Positions 38,841 to 49,381 are shown, counted from the stretch's first letter. The stretch is 64,000 nucleotides of DNA from Gemmatimonadota bacterium (GCA_963666735.1 OY762926.1:2432001-2496000), one strand, 5' to 3'. Notes: generated from the sequence alone by a model not told the origin. Numbers and translations are program-made.

Positions 38841-39740
38841 ATGGACGCTTGGAAGGTGCCCGGCCGGCTGCCTCGCCCGGCGCTCGTCGCGCTGGTGGCG
38901 CTCGGGTGCGGGGACGCCACGGGTCCCGAGCCGCCCGCAGCGGGTGAGATCGTCTTCACGGCGATCCGCGAGCAATACATGCGCATCTGGGTGGCGAACG
39001 TCGACGGGACGGGACAGAGGCCCCTGACGGAGGAGGGCGAAACGAACCTCGAGCCCAGCTGGACGCCGGACGGGTCGGGGATCGTGTTCACGAGCTGGCT
39101 CGACGGAAACCCCGACATCTTCCTGATGGACGCGGACGGCTCGAACTGGAGGCCCGTGACCCGCGACACGGCGTACGATCGGTCCGGGCGCCTGTCTCCG
39201 GATGGGACTCGCGTGGTCTTCGTCTCCGAGCGGACGGGCGATCCGGACATCTGGGTCATCGACGTGGACGGATCGAATCCGGTCAACCTCACGCGGAACC
39301 CATCGTCGTTCGACGTGGACCCGGACTGGTCGCCGGACGGCACGCGGATCGTCTTCGCGTCGGACCGCGACGGGGGCCGGCGGTTCTCGCTTTGGACGAT
39401 CGGGGCCGATGGGACGGGGCTCTCGCGGCTTCCCGTCGAGGGCGGGGCGCGTTCGCCCACCTGGTCGCCGGATGGATCGCGGATCGCCTTCACCTCCTAC
39501 CGGGACATCGACGACGCGGAGATCTACGTGATGCGGGCGGATGGCAGCGGCCAGACGAATCTCTCCGGACGCGCCGGAGTGGACGAACTGCCGCGCTGGT
39601 CGCCCGACGGGGAGTACATCGTGTTCTCGACGAAACGGGACGGGAACTCCGAGATCTACGCGATGCGGGCGGACGGATCGGGGCCGGTCAACATCACGCG
39701 CAACCCGCGCTGGGATGCCATGGCCGCTTGGAGGCCGTAG
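38841..39740 (+). CDS. TolB-like PD40-repeat beta-propeller lipoprotein
   Basis: Repeated P.WSPDG..I.F.S.RDG...IY.M.ADGS; LGC lipobox. Confidence 0.9.
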   Translation: MDAWKVPGRLPRPALVALVALGCGDATGPEPPAAGEIVFTAIREQYMRIWVANVDGTGQRPLTEEGETNLEPSWTPDGSGIVFTSWLDGNPDIFLMDADGSNWRPVTRDTAYDRSGRLSPDGTRVVFVSERTGDPDIWVIDVDGSNPVNLTRNPSSFDVDPDWSPDGTRIVFASDRDGGRRFSLWTIGADGTGLSRLPVEGGARSPTWSPDGSRIAFTSYRDIDDAEIYVMRADGSGQTNLSGRAGVDELPRWSPDGEYIVFSTKRDGNSEIYAMRADGSGPVNITRNPRWDAMAAWRP

Positions 39741-39859
39741 TGTCGCCGCCTCGTGCGACGCGAACATCCTTGAGCCGTGAAACCCCGCAGGCTACGTTGT
39801 TGTTGCGTTATGTGGCGACGAGCCATCACCTAACGATACTACGCGGGAGCTGCCCCACG

Positions 39860-40084
39860 ATGGATCGCATCGCGCGAGCGTTGAAGAACTACGCAGCGAG
39901 ACGATTCCCTTCGTACAACTCACCCCCGCCGCCTCTTCGGCGACGAGCGGCTGCCGTTTCGGATTCCGCCGCGGTCATGCGTGACCTCTACGTGGTTATG
40001 AACGATCTCAAGATCGCGACGCGACGCGCGATGAAGCGCCACGACTACGAACCAGAGCAGGTGGAGCTTTTCTCGGAACCGTGA
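39860..40084 (+). CDS. Small hypothetical protein
   Basis: 74 aa, GGAG upstream, helical C-half; lies in an AT-richer patch. Confidence 0.4.
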   Translation: MDRIARALKNYAARRFPSYNSPPPPLRRRAAAVSDSAAVMRDLYVVMNDLKIATRRAMKRHDYEPEQVELFSEP

Positions 40085-40351
40085 GCCGGGAAGACGAAGT
40101 CGGCCAAGACCTGCCTGACAGCCTGAGCGATACCGCTCTCCCCGAAACACTCCCGCCGGTCTCGCGGCCTGGGGGATCGAGGGCGCACTGATGCTTGTAT
40201 CTCGGATCCTCGCCCACTTGCAGCAACGACAACCGCGAGAATCGACACAACAGGTGGGCACCGTGAACGTCGGAGATGTGCAGATAAACCAACAAGTCGA
40301 TCGGTGAGGGATCGAAAGGTCCTACCGCACCAGCCAAACAGGAAGCCGCAA

Positions 40352-42061
40352 ATGCCCATGCGCGACGTAGCCACGACTCTTGTCCTCGGCGTACTTCCCG
40401 TGACCGCCGCCGGCTGCGGCACCGCGGACGCGGAGAGCCTGGGGAACTCGTCAAGTCAGGAGGCCGCGATGAATGCTCCGGGGTCCATGGCGGGGCGGTC
40501 GACCGTCTACGCTCCGAACGGGATGGTCGCGACGAGCCAGCCCATGGCGTCGAGCGTCGCGCTCGGCGTGCTGCGCGACGGCGGCAACGCCTTCGATGCG
40601 GCAATCGCGGCCTCGTCCGTGCTCTCGCTCGTCGAGCCGCACATGACCGGGCTGGGCGGTGACCTGTGGGCGCTCTTCTGGTCCGCGGAGGAGGGCCGGC
40701 TCGTGGGCCTGGACGCGACGGGCCGGGCCGGCACGAACATGACGCCGGAGCGGATCCGGGCCGACGGATTCGACCGCGTGCCGGGCTCGGGACCGGGGGC
40801 GGTGACCGTGCCGGGCGCGATCGCGGGCTGGGGCGCCCTCAACGAGAAGTACGGCAGCCGTCCGCTCGCCGAACTCGTGGCGCCGGCCATCGCGCTGGCC
40901 GAGGAGGGCTTCCCCGTCACGCCGATCATCGCGGGCCAGTGGCGGGGGCAGTTGAACAAGCTGCAGGCCGACCCCGGGGCCGCCGCGACCTACCTGATCG
41001 ACGGTGAGCGGGCACCCGAAGCGGGTGAGTGGCTCCGGAACCCCGACTTCGCTCGCTCGCTCCGCACGATCGCGGCGGAAGGCCCGTCCGCCATGTACGG
41101 CGGAGCGCTGGGCACGCGCGTGGCCGAGGGACTGGCCGAGCTCGGCGGATACCTGACCCCGGCCGACATGGCGGCGATGGAGGTGCGCTGGATCGAGCCG
41201 TTGTCGATGGACTACAAGGGCTGGACGATCTGGGAGCTGCCACCGGCGGGCCAGGGAGTCGCCGCCCTCCAGATGTTCGGGATGCTCGAGCCGTTCGACC
41301 TCGCGAGCATGGGGCACAACTCGCCCGAATACCTGCACCACCTCATCGAGGCCAAGAAGGTCGCCTTCGCGGACCTGGCCCGGCACGTCGCGGACGCCGA
41401 CCACATGGAGATCGACCCGAAGCAACTCCTCGAGCCCGACTACCTCGCGGCGCGCCGGGCGCTCATCAACCCGGCCGGGGCCGCCGAGCGGATCGAGCCG
41501 GGCGAGTTCGCGACCGCCACCGAGACGATCTACCTCTCCGTCGCGGACCAGTACGGGAACATGGTCTCCTTCATCCACTCCATCTACGGCGCGTTCGGTT
41601 CAGGCGTGGTCGTGCCGGGGACGGGCTTCGTGCTACAGAACCGCGGCGCCGGCTTCACGCTCGAGGACGGGCACCCGAACCAGGTCGCGCCGGGCAAGCG
41701 GCCCTTCCACACGCTCATCCCGGGGTTCGTGACCCGCGACGGAGAGCCGTTGATGGCGTTCGGCGTGATGGGCGGGTCGATGCAGCCGCAGGGGCACACG
41801 CAGGTCGTGCTCAACATGGTCGAGTTCGGGATGGACCCTCAGCAGGCGATCGACGCGGCCCGCTTCCGCCACATGGGCGGGCTGCGCGTCGCGGTCGAGC
41901 GGCTGACCGGCGGACTCGCAAACGACATGAGCGCGCTCGGCCACGAACTCGTGGACTGGGAGAGCGCCTCCTTCGGCGGCGGCCAGCTCGTCATGAAGCT
42001 CGAGCGCGGCTGGGCCGGCGCGTCGGACCCGAGGAAGGACGGCCTCGCCATCGGCCACTGA
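40352..42061 (+). CDS. ggt: Gamma-glutamyltransferase
   Basis: GGNAFDAA, GLGGD, ETIY, QNRG, KRPFHTLIP, GVMGG.MQPQG, SDPRKDG. Confidence 0.95.
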   Translation: MPMRDVATTLVLGVLPVTAAGCGTADAESLGNSSSQEAAMNAPGSMAGRSTVYAPNGMVATSQPMASSVALGVLRDGGNAFDAAIAASSVLSLVEPHMTGLGGDLWALFWSAEEGRLVGLDATGRAGTNMTPERIRADGFDRVPGSGPGAVTVPGAIAGWGALNEKYGSRPLAELVAPAIALAEEGFPVTPIIAGQWRGQLNKLQADPGAAATYLIDGERAPEAGEWLRNPDFARSLRTIAAEGPSAMYGGALGTRVAEGLAELGGYLTPADMAAMEVRWIEPLSMDYKGWTIWELPPAGQGVAALQMFGMLEPFDLASMGHNSPEYLHHLIEAKKVAFADLARHVADADHMEIDPKQLLEPDYLAARRALINPAGAAERIEPGEFATATETIYLSVADQYGNMVSFIHSIYGAFGSGVVVPGTGFVLQNRGAGFTLEDGHPNQVAPGKRPFHTLIPGFVTRDGEPLMAFGVMGGSMQPQGHTQVVLNMVEFGMDPQQAIDAARFRHMGGLRVAVERLTGGLANDMSALGHELVDWESASFGGGQLVMKLERGWAGASDPRKDGLAIGH

Positions 42062-42136
42062 CGGGGCGGCCCTGGGCTCGCGCCCTGGGCTATCCGGCCG
42101 CGCGGGGCATTTCGGCAGGTAGCGGACGTTCTCTCG

Positions 42137-42379
42137 CTACATCCAGATCGTAACCCGCTGGAGATTGAGCCAGAACCGCGCCGACGGGCCGAAGTAGTGC
42201 GACAACCGCAAGGCGGTGTTGGCGGTGATCGCGCGCCTGCCATGGACGATCTGGTTGATGCGGCCGGGAAGCACGCCTATGTCGGTGGCCAAACGATATT
42301 GGCTGATTTCCATTGGATCGAGGAATTCTTCCAGCAGCACTTCGCCGGGGTGCGCGGGCGGCATCCTTGCCGGCGTCAC
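42137..42379 (-). pseudogene. higA: HigA-family antitoxin (XRE HTH), frameshifted near the C-terminus, no higB
   Basis: HPGEVLLEEFL, RINQIVHGRRAITANTALRL..YFG...FWLNLQ; the expected GYDLDVA continues in a shifted frame. Confidence 0.8.
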
Positions 42380-44370
42380 GTTGATGCTTCGACCAGTGGC
42401 TGATTACCGTCTTCTTTCAACTTCGCCCCTCCGGTTTCCTCGCCCTGTCCCTCCGTTGCCACGGCCGGTGCCAAGAAGGGCGACGCGAGTAGCTTTCGCT
42501 TGAAATCACCCTGCCAATCGCTCCCCAGGTTGCCAACGCTTAGGAACTGTTCTCCGATGACGCTCAAGAAGGCTCCCTCGTTTCCGCCACTCACGTGACG
42601 ATTCCGATCCGCACACGCCCTCCCTTGCCCTGCTTGACGCCTTGGAGATGCTTCCAAGAGTAGGTCTGAATCGCACGACACCATACCCGCCTTCCACGGC
42701 CCTGTCTCGTTCTCTGCATGGACAACTTGGTATTCGACCGCATGAAACCCGGCATCCTCCAACGCCTGGAACAACGCGATCCAAGCCGTTGGCTCCTTGT
42801 TCGCGTAGCTGAATACGAACCGTCCATCTGATTCGAGGACACGATGAATCTCTCGAAATAGGTTGCTAAGCAGTCCCCGATAGGACTCCACGTCACCTGC
42901 GTTCCCGTTCACACGGTTGACGGCCGCATCGCCTCTTCCGTCGTGTACGCCGAGTTTCGCCCACGCGCGAAGCGGCATAGATAGTTCTCCATACTGGACA
43001 TCGTCATGATACGGAGGGTCCGTCAGGACGAGATTGACGACAGCGTCTGGCAAGGCCATACGCTCTGAACTGCCGAGCACGACACGTGCTGCCACGTCCT
43101 CCGTCAAGGCGCTTCTAGGACTCGACGAATCCCACGGTCCTTCTACCAAGACCGAATTACCCACTTCACTCCTTAGCCAGTCCGACGCTTTTGCCATTGC
43201 CCGCACCCTCTGCGAGAACGTTCCTCGACCATATCGGTAGGCGCCCCAGACGTTGGGCTCCGCCGACAGAGTCGTAAAGTTAAAGCGATGCAACGCCATG
43301 GTCTCGTAGTTCTTGAGGTACCAACGATCCCATCGTGAAGCATACCCGGCTGTCTCGGCGACGCCGACCGCTGCCAGCTCCAACGCCATCAAGACGGGTT
43401 CAGTCACGTCGAGTGCTGCCACCGCCTGCAGCAGTGACTCCAGCACCGCTCTTTGTCTAGCTGGATATAGAGACTCCCAGTTCTGAAATCCATGTCGCAG
43501 CAACACGCGCGTTTCCACGCCAAGGGGTATGGGTCCGAGATTCGTCGTTGGATTCCACGGCCTATCCTTGCTTCGCTCGATCTCGCCCTCAGACGGGTGC
43601 GACAGCTCCCGCTGTTCCCGGCCTGCTCTCTGCACTAGGATCGGCAGCCACGTTACGCCCCGTCGCATTAGGTCCGCCAACGAGGACTCCAAGCCGCAGC
43701 TTGGGCATGTAGTTCTTCGCCCAACCAAGTATCGTTCGTCGGGGTCAACCCATTCCGTACACTCCACACATTTGCGGGCGCGAATGTTTGACCGAAACAA
43801 ATGACCCCTGCGGCACGCGAGAAACGCTTCTCCGGCCTTGGTCTCCTTACGCTTTACCAACGAGGTCATCGCATATGGATAGAGTCGTCGTTCAATTCCA
43901 CACCTCGGACATGTCGCGGCAGCTACCCGCACGGTGTGGGTAACGATACCGTCATGACCCGAAGCCATCTCCGTCTTGTACGCCTCATCGAGCAGGGGTT
44001 GAAGCTTAGCTTCGAGTTGACGTTTTGCTTCCAGCAATTCGTCTGACGGCGGTAGACGGAGCGTCGTCGCAAGCCCGTGAGCCACCCACGAATTGATGTC
44101 CTGTGCGTAGATTTGATATCCGCGTGCCAACGCCGCGAAGGCTACGATGCCACCACCGACGAACGGGTCCGCGACTAGCCCCCCTTCGCCGCGAAGTCGC
44201 TTGTACGCTGCAAGGATCGAATCCGTGACTGCCATCGTCCTACGCGCCCACCATCGATACGACGACACTGGCGGGACTATTTTCTCCCGCTGCCTCGTTT
44301 CTGACCGCGCGCGTGCACCTACTCTTTCGGGGCGCAACTGCGCTAGGATGCTCGAACGCCGATCGCTCAT
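42376..44370 (-). CDS. DUF1156/COG1743-like adenine DNA methyltransferase with Zn ribbon
   Basis: RWWARR, DPFVGGG (motif I), CPRC/CVEC/CPSC, TDPPY (motif IV). Confidence 0.88.
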   Translation of the reverse strand: MSDRRSSILAQLRPERVGARARSETRQREKIVPPVSSYRWWARRTMAVTDSILAAYKRLRGEGGLVADPFVGGGIVAFAALARGYQIYAQDINSWVAHGLATTLRLPPSDELLEAKRQLEAKLQPLLDEAYKTEMASGHDGIVTHTVRVAAATCPRCGIERRLYPYAMTSLVKRKETKAGEAFLACRRGHLFRSNIRARKCVECTEWVDPDERYLVGRRTTCPSCGLESSLADLMRRGVTWLPILVQRAGREQRELSHPSEGEIERSKDRPWNPTTNLGPIPLGVETRVLLRHGFQNWESLYPARQRAVLESLLQAVAALDVTEPVLMALELAAVGVAETAGYASRWDRWYLKNYETMALHRFNFTTLSAEPNVWGAYRYGRGTFSQRVRAMAKASDWLRSEVGNSVLVEGPWDSSSPRSALTEDVAARVVLGSSERMALPDAVVNLVLTDPPYHDDVQYGELSMPLRAWAKLGVHDGRGDAAVNRVNGNAGDVESYRGLLSNLFREIHRVLESDGRFVFSYANKEPTAWIALFQALEDAGFHAVEYQVVHAENETGPWKAGMVSCDSDLLLEASPRRQAGQGRACADRNRHVSGGNEGAFLSVIGEQFLSVGNLGSDWQGDFKRKLLASPFLAPAVATEGQGEETGGAKLKEDGNQPLVEAST

Positions 44371-44389
44371 ACTAACCGACCATCCCTCC

Positions 44390-44598
44390 TCAAGTGTCCA
44401 CGTGATCCAACTCTAGAGGCAGTCCCTGCATGAGCAAGGCGCGATCCAATAGCAGCTCCACCGACGTCCATCTGCCGACCGGCATACCATTTCTGTCGCG
44501 TGGTAGAGCGCCCGCTATCGCTTCATACTGACACCATCCACGAGCCTTCACGATACCGCTGGCGAACCGATCGCACACCATGAGAACCCAACGTTCAT
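44390..44598 (-). pseudogene. 3' part of DUF3883-type nuclease gene, separated by an IS
   Basis: In frame with 46631..45938 after IS removal: ...NEAERGERDERWVLMVCDRF... Confidence 0.85.
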
Positions 44599-44719
44599 CT
44601 CTGGAGCTGTCCCGCTTTCACGGACGGTTAGTTTCTGTGGTTGATCGCCTCCGGTTCTTCTCCTTTCAGCCTCCCTCAGGCGCTCGGGAGAGGATGTCGG
44701 TGCGCGCCGCGGGTGCGCC

Positions 44720-45568
44720 TCAGGCCGCATGGTTGCTCTCGTAGTCGGCCGGCGACTCGTAGCCGAGTGCCGAGTGCAGCCGCCGGGTGTTGTAGAAGCC
44801 CTCGATGAAGCCGAAGACCTCCCGTCGCGCCTCATCCGCCGTGCGGAACGAGCGCTTCCAGATCAGCTCGCACTCGAGGGTGGCGAAGAAGCTCTCGCAC
44901 ATGGCGTTGTCGTACGCATCGCCCGCCGAGCCCATGGACTGGGCGATGCCCGACTCGCGGCAGCGCTCCCCGAAGGCGAGCGAGGTGTACTGCGAGCCCC
45001 TGTCGGAATGATGCACGACACGACCCTCGGGACGACGCCTTGCGAGAGCCATCGCCAGCGCGGTCTCGACGAGCTCGGTCCGCATGTGCGTCGCCATGGC
45101 CCAGCCGACGACGCGGCGGCTCCAGACGTCGAGCACGACGGCCAGATACAGCCAGCCAGCCCACGTGGGGACGTAGGTGATGTCGGCCACCCACAGCTCG
45201 TCGGGCCCCGAGGCCGAGAAGTCACGGTCCACCAGGTCCGGCGCGGGGCGGGCCTCGGTATCCCTCTTCGTCGTCGCCGTCTTGAAGCGCCGCCTGGTCG
45301 CGCCCTCGATCTCCAGCCCCCTCATCAGCCGCCCCACGCGCTTCTGCCCCACCCGCTCGCCCTCGGCCCTGAGCGCCGCGTGGATCCGCGGACGGCCGTA
45401 CGTCTCGCCGCTGCCGGTCCATATCTTCGCGATCCGGGCCTCCAGTTCCGCGTCCCGACGCGCGCGGTCCGAGGGAGGACGCCTCAACCAGTCGTAGTAG
45501 CCGCTGGGGGAGAGACCCAGCACCCGGCACATGGCCCGAAGCGGGAACTCGGCCCGGTGCGCCCTCAT
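44720..45568 (-). CDS. IS3 transposase OrfB (DDE/rve)
   Basis: YGRPRI, WVADITY, HHSDRGSQY, DNAMCESFF..LE.E, FYNTRRLHSALGY. Confidence 0.95.
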   Translation of the reverse strand: MRAHRAEFPLRAMCRVLGLSPSGYYDWLRRPPSDRARRDAELEARIAKIWTGSGETYGRPRIHAALRAEGERVGQKRVGRLMRGLEIEGATRRRFKTATTKRDTEARPAPDLVDRDFSASGPDELWVADITYVPTWAGWLYLAVVLDVWSRRVVGWAMATHMRTELVETALAMALARRRPEGRVVHHSDRGSQYTSLAFGERCRESGIAQSMGSAGDAYDNAMCESFFATLECELIWKRSFRTADEARREVFGFIEGFYNTRRLHSALGYESPADYESNHAA

Positions 45569-45879
45569 GAACGCATACCCCCGCCGGGGATCGATCCGCT
45601 CTCCCTCGCGAACCAGGCCGCGGCTTTTTTTAGGATGTCGCGCTCCATCCTGAGCCGCTTGTTCTCCCGCTCCAGGCGCCGCAACTCGCTGCGCGCCTCC
45701 GTTGTCAGCCCGTCGCTACGGAACCCCTCGTCCACATCCGCCTGCCGGACCCAGTTCCGGATCGTCTGCTCCGACGGCTCGAACTTCCGGGCGAGTGACG
45801 CGGCACTACGCCCGCCCCTCACCAGTTCCACCAGCCGCTCCCTGTACTCGGATGGATACCGCCCCTTCCGGCCCGCCAT
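45565..45879 (-). CDS. IS3 transposase OrfA (HTH) with A7G -1 frameshift site
   Basis: YPSEYRE...TIRNWV...ELRRLERENKRLRMERDILKKAAAWF; AAAAAAAG at 45631-45624. Confidence 0.95.
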   Translation of the reverse strand: MAGRKGRYPSEYRERLVELVRGGRSAASLARKFEPSEQTIRNWVRQADVDEGFRSDGLTTEARSELRRLERENKRLRMERDILKKAAAWFARESGSIPGGGMRS

Positions 45880-45937
45880 GGAACACCTCCTTGCTTGACC
45901 CCAATGGATAGGTGTCCGTCAAAGCGGGGCAACTCCA

Positions 45938-46631
45938 CTCTCTCGCCTCGCTCTGCCTCGTTGCGGCTCAAGAACACCCTCGCTGGCTCTCGGCCTCTAG
46001 ATTGAGTCTTCACCTCGATTCGCACCGTAGTACCTGACAGATTTGGTGTAACCACATCGTACCCGAGTTGATCCGACACCTCACTTACGACGGCGACCCG
46101 CCGAGCCAAGTCCGGCCGTCCGCGTCGCGTAAGATAGTCTCTGCAGGCCTCCGCTACATATCGTTCTCCTTCACGTCCGACTTTCCGTAGCGCCTCGGCA
46201 TCGACCTTCTTCGCGACTGCCATCAAGATTTCGTCACGTCGACGCTGATCAGGACAGATGCTCCTGAGCCGTGTGTCAACACCTTCCGGAACGTATTCCC
46301 AACGCGCTTCTTCCCACCCTGCAGCGACAACCCATCCCGGACGCTCCCGCAATAGCAGCGTCTCAACGATCACCAGGATCGCATCCTCCTCAGGCAGTCG
46401 TGCGATCCTCCTTGCCGCGTCGGACACCAATAGCTGTCCGTCTTGTTTCCTCAATAGGCCTGCTCGCTCCAATATGGCCCTACCCTTGTCCAGCTCCATC
46501 GCTCCGTACACCCCGTCGCTCGGATCGTTGATGTACGCCGAGTGCAGCGTCTCCATAGTCTCACCGGCGTCGTCCACTAGGCTGATCACGCGTACCGCCG
46601 CTCGGCAGATGTGAGACGTGGGAAAACTCAC
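45938..46631 (-). pseudogene. 5' part of DUF3883-type PD-(D/E)XK nuclease gene, IS-interrupted
   Basis: GREGERYV...VSDQLGYDV...IEVKT...FLSRNE; GTG start overlaps the helicase stop. Confidence 0.85.
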
Positions 46632-48517
46632 GGCTCGTCCCGCTCCGCTCCTCGAAGATGGGCCAGCACTGCCGATATGTCTCTCGCGTCCTCCACTGGT
46701 GCTCCATATTCCTCTTCATCGGGAAGCGCCATCGTAGCAATGTCCCCGTCCTCCAGCATCGTTCCAAGACGCTCAGCTTTTGCACGAACGCGTTCGTCGA
46801 TTACTTCGTCGATCGTATTCTCCGTCACCAAAAGAGTGATCCGCGTCTCCACATCAGGTCCTAGGCCCAATCGATGAATGCGATCCACACTCTGAAGATA
46901 TTGTCCCGCGTTGAACGTTCGTTCCAAGTAGATTGCGTCGTGACAAACCTGATGAAGGCTAATACCCTCGCCTGCGGCGGCCGGGTTGGCGATCATTACC
47001 AAGCACGCATCGTCGTTCCGGAACTTCCGCAGTTCGCCAATGCGATCCCGGTCGCCCTCCTTTTGTGCCTCCACAGGGATGCCTCCGTGAATCACGGCAG
47101 GATTAAGTTGTCTTAGCAACCTTTCGAGCGTCGCAATGTTTCGGACGAAATTGGTCCAAATCAATGTCTTGCGACCCTTTGTGGCATTAGCGTGGACCAG
47201 GTTCGCCAAGATCTCGAACTTCTGAGGGGTCTCGTAGGAACCGAACGACGTCAACAGGTCCACCAAATGACCTTGCTCTGGGAGTGGAAGAGGTGGATGT
47301 CGGAATACAATCGGGTCGAGTGGAGACGATCCCGCAACCAGAAGAGCGGGGTTTGTCGCCGCTTCTATCAGGTACATGACAATCCTGCCCATTCTTGCTA
47401 GAGATGCTTGGTCCGCCCTGCCCATCTCAAACGCACCAGCGTACTGGTTTCGAATGGCTTGGTACACATCTCGTTGTAGCCCGATCAGCGGCACCCTGAG
47501 GGCCTTGAATTCCGGCGGTCGCAAACCCAACTCCGCCTTGCGGGTTCTGACGAATATGGGGCGTATCGCCTCCGACACTCCCGCTACGACCTCAGGCGCC
47601 GCACTCCGCAAGTCACGCCGCGACGGAACGAGACGACGCCCAACGGTAGGCCAAAGGAAATCCAGAAGTGCGAGAAGATCCTCGGGACTGTGTGGTGCAG
47701 GTGTGCCGGTAAGGACATCTCGTCGCTCGGCCACAAACGCCAAATTCAAGCAAGCCCGTCCCCACTTCCCGTCCCAGCCCCTCTTTACTCGATGCGCTTC
47801 GTCAAGAACGACATGGGTCGCCTGCCCTCCAACCCAGCGTGACACGGCTTCATAGGCCCGATCTGTCGCCAGTCGCTGATAATTGATCAGGACAACCTCG
47901 GCTCGAAGACTAATCTCGTCGTCGAAGACTTCAATCGTCGGTGGTTGCTGAAAGCACTCATTCGCCTCTGACATCCACGCGTCGAATGACGAGATCGGTC
48001 CGACCACCAAGAGGGACTGGACCCGGCCCGCAAGGCGTTCCGCTTCGTAGACTCCGAAGGTTACCGTCGTCTTGCCTGCCCCAGGCACCGAGAAGTTCGC
48101 GCCGTGCGACAAGGCCAACAGCTTAGCCACGTCGCGTACTTGGAAGTCTCTTAATTCTCGGACGAAGCGGCCCCCCGCCAACCTGGCCGCTACTTCAAGT
48201 GTTGATACTGGCGAGGTTGGGCCGTACGCTTCGTCCAGTTGGTCGCCTAGTGCCGCCAGGCCCGTGAGAACGGCTCGTACTTGATCATCGGGACAGATTC
48301 GAAGTTTGTAACGCAAGCAAATCGTGCGAAGCGCTCCCGTGAAGGCGAGAAACGTGTCCAGCGGTACGGTCAGACGACCCTCTGTCGTAGATGCCTGAGC
48401 GCCATATAGCCCGCGTAAGCGTAGCCAGACTACATGGCGATCCTGAGCCTGTAGAGAGAGCGTTACCGACGACGCTGCGCGATCCAAGCGCAACGTGAGT
48501 TGGCCCGCGGACGCCAC
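46628..48517 (-). CDS. SNF2-family (SF2) helicase/ATPase
   Basis: LRDFQ, SVPGAGKT, LDEAH, LTGTP, AAGEGISL, QSVDRIHRLG. Confidence 0.93.
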   Translation of the reverse strand: MASAGQLTLRLDRAASSVTLSLQAQDRHVVWLRLRGLYGAQASTTEGRLTVPLDTFLAFTGALRTICLRYKLRICPDDQVRAVLTGLAALGDQLDEAYGPTSPVSTLEVAARLAGGRFVRELRDFQVRDVAKLLALSHGANFSVPGAGKTTVTFGVYEAERLAGRVQSLLVVGPISSFDAWMSEANECFQQPPTIEVFDDEISLRAEVVLINYQRLATDRAYEAVSRWVGGQATHVVLDEAHRVKRGWDGKWGRACLNLAFVAERRDVLTGTPAPHSPEDLLALLDFLWPTVGRRLVPSRRDLRSAAPEVVAGVSEAIRPIFVRTRKAELGLRPPEFKALRVPLIGLQRDVYQAIRNQYAGAFEMGRADQASLARMGRIVMYLIEAATNPALLVAGSSPLDPIVFRHPPLPLPEQGHLVDLLTSFGSYETPQKFEILANLVHANATKGRKTLIWTNFVRNIATLERLLRQLNPAVIHGGIPVEAQKEGDRDRIGELRKFRNDDACLVMIANPAAAGEGISLHQVCHDAIYLERTFNAGQYLQSVDRIHRLGLGPDVETRITLLVTENTIDEVIDERVRAKAERLGTMLEDGDIATMALPDEEEYGAPVEDARDISAVLAHLRGAERDEP

Positions 48518-49327
48518 CTAGATCGCGCCGATCTTGTCATACTGCGCGCGCAGGTCTCGGACCGCTTTTTCAAGCTTGCGTACTCTGTAGGTGAAGTCGT
48601 TTCGATCGAACGCCGAATCCTCCATCGCGGTTCTTAGCTGCGACCGGGCTCGTCGGATCTTGCCTGTGGCTTCCTTCAGCCTATTGCCCGGTGCTTCCGC
48701 CGCCTGCTCCCGTGCGTGATCTTGCTTCGCCAGTTCGGCGGCTCCATCCAACACTTGGCGAACCTGTTCGCGAATTCGATCACGATGTACTGTGACACGG
48801 GCGTCTCCCGTTCTTGCGTGGGGCGTATACTCCTCCAGGCCCGCCAGCCAAGTAAGGAAGGGCTCCGGATCTGAGCCCTCGCTCTCGGTTTCCGCCGAAG
48901 CACCGAGCAGGCCTAGGTTAAGATCATCCTCCGCCGTCTCTTCGGCGCTGCCAAATACCGCTTCGGTGGGCAGGAAGGTGCTTAGGTCCTGATCTTCGGA
49001 GAGGGCCGGCGCAAGATACGATTCGAAGAAATGCTCATTCATTTGTCGCAAGACCATGTAGCCGGATTCCAGGATGATACCGATAAAGCGCGTTGACCGC
49101 AGGCGGTCGGCCGCGTCGGGATCGTCCTTCTTCAGCTTCTCGTACGACGTGTCCAGTTCCTCCAGCGAGACCCGTTGATCATCAAAGACTTCATAGCTGA
49201 TTCTGTCCTGCGAGATCCCTTGAATCTCTCGAATCATGGAGAGGATTCGAATGGCCTGTTCAACCCTCGCGACGCCCTTTCGCATATGTGTCAGATCTGA
49301 AGACTGAGCATACCGAAGCATGAGAGC
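48518..49327 (-). pseudogene. 3' part of ParB-like protein gene, IS-interrupted
   Basis: In frame with 51227..50661 after IS removal (...HPLDGI|ALMLRYAQS...); helical, with an acidic linker and coiled-coil-like end. Confidence 0.85.
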
Positions 49328-49381
49328 GATTGAAGTGACCCCAAGAAGTTGGACACCCGACCTCCGGGTTTATTGTGCTGC

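Larger units (their letters stand above)
44602..45937 (-). mobile_element. IS3-family insertion sequence (1336 bp), 3-bp target duplication CTC
   Basis: IRs TGGAGCTGTCCCGCTTTCACGGAC and TGGAGTTGCCCCGCTTTGACGGAC; CTC at 44599-44601 and 45938-45940; orfA/orfB. Confidence 0.95.

Noticed and set aside
38841..39740. Internal DNA repeats in the TolB-like gene (and in the BNR gene 51312..54641)
   Set aside because: Explained by ordinary PD40 and Asp-box protein repeats
45819..45937. C-terminus of the 270-aa ORF 45819..46631
   Set aside because: Read-through into the IS inverted repeat; the true C-terminus is 44598..44390
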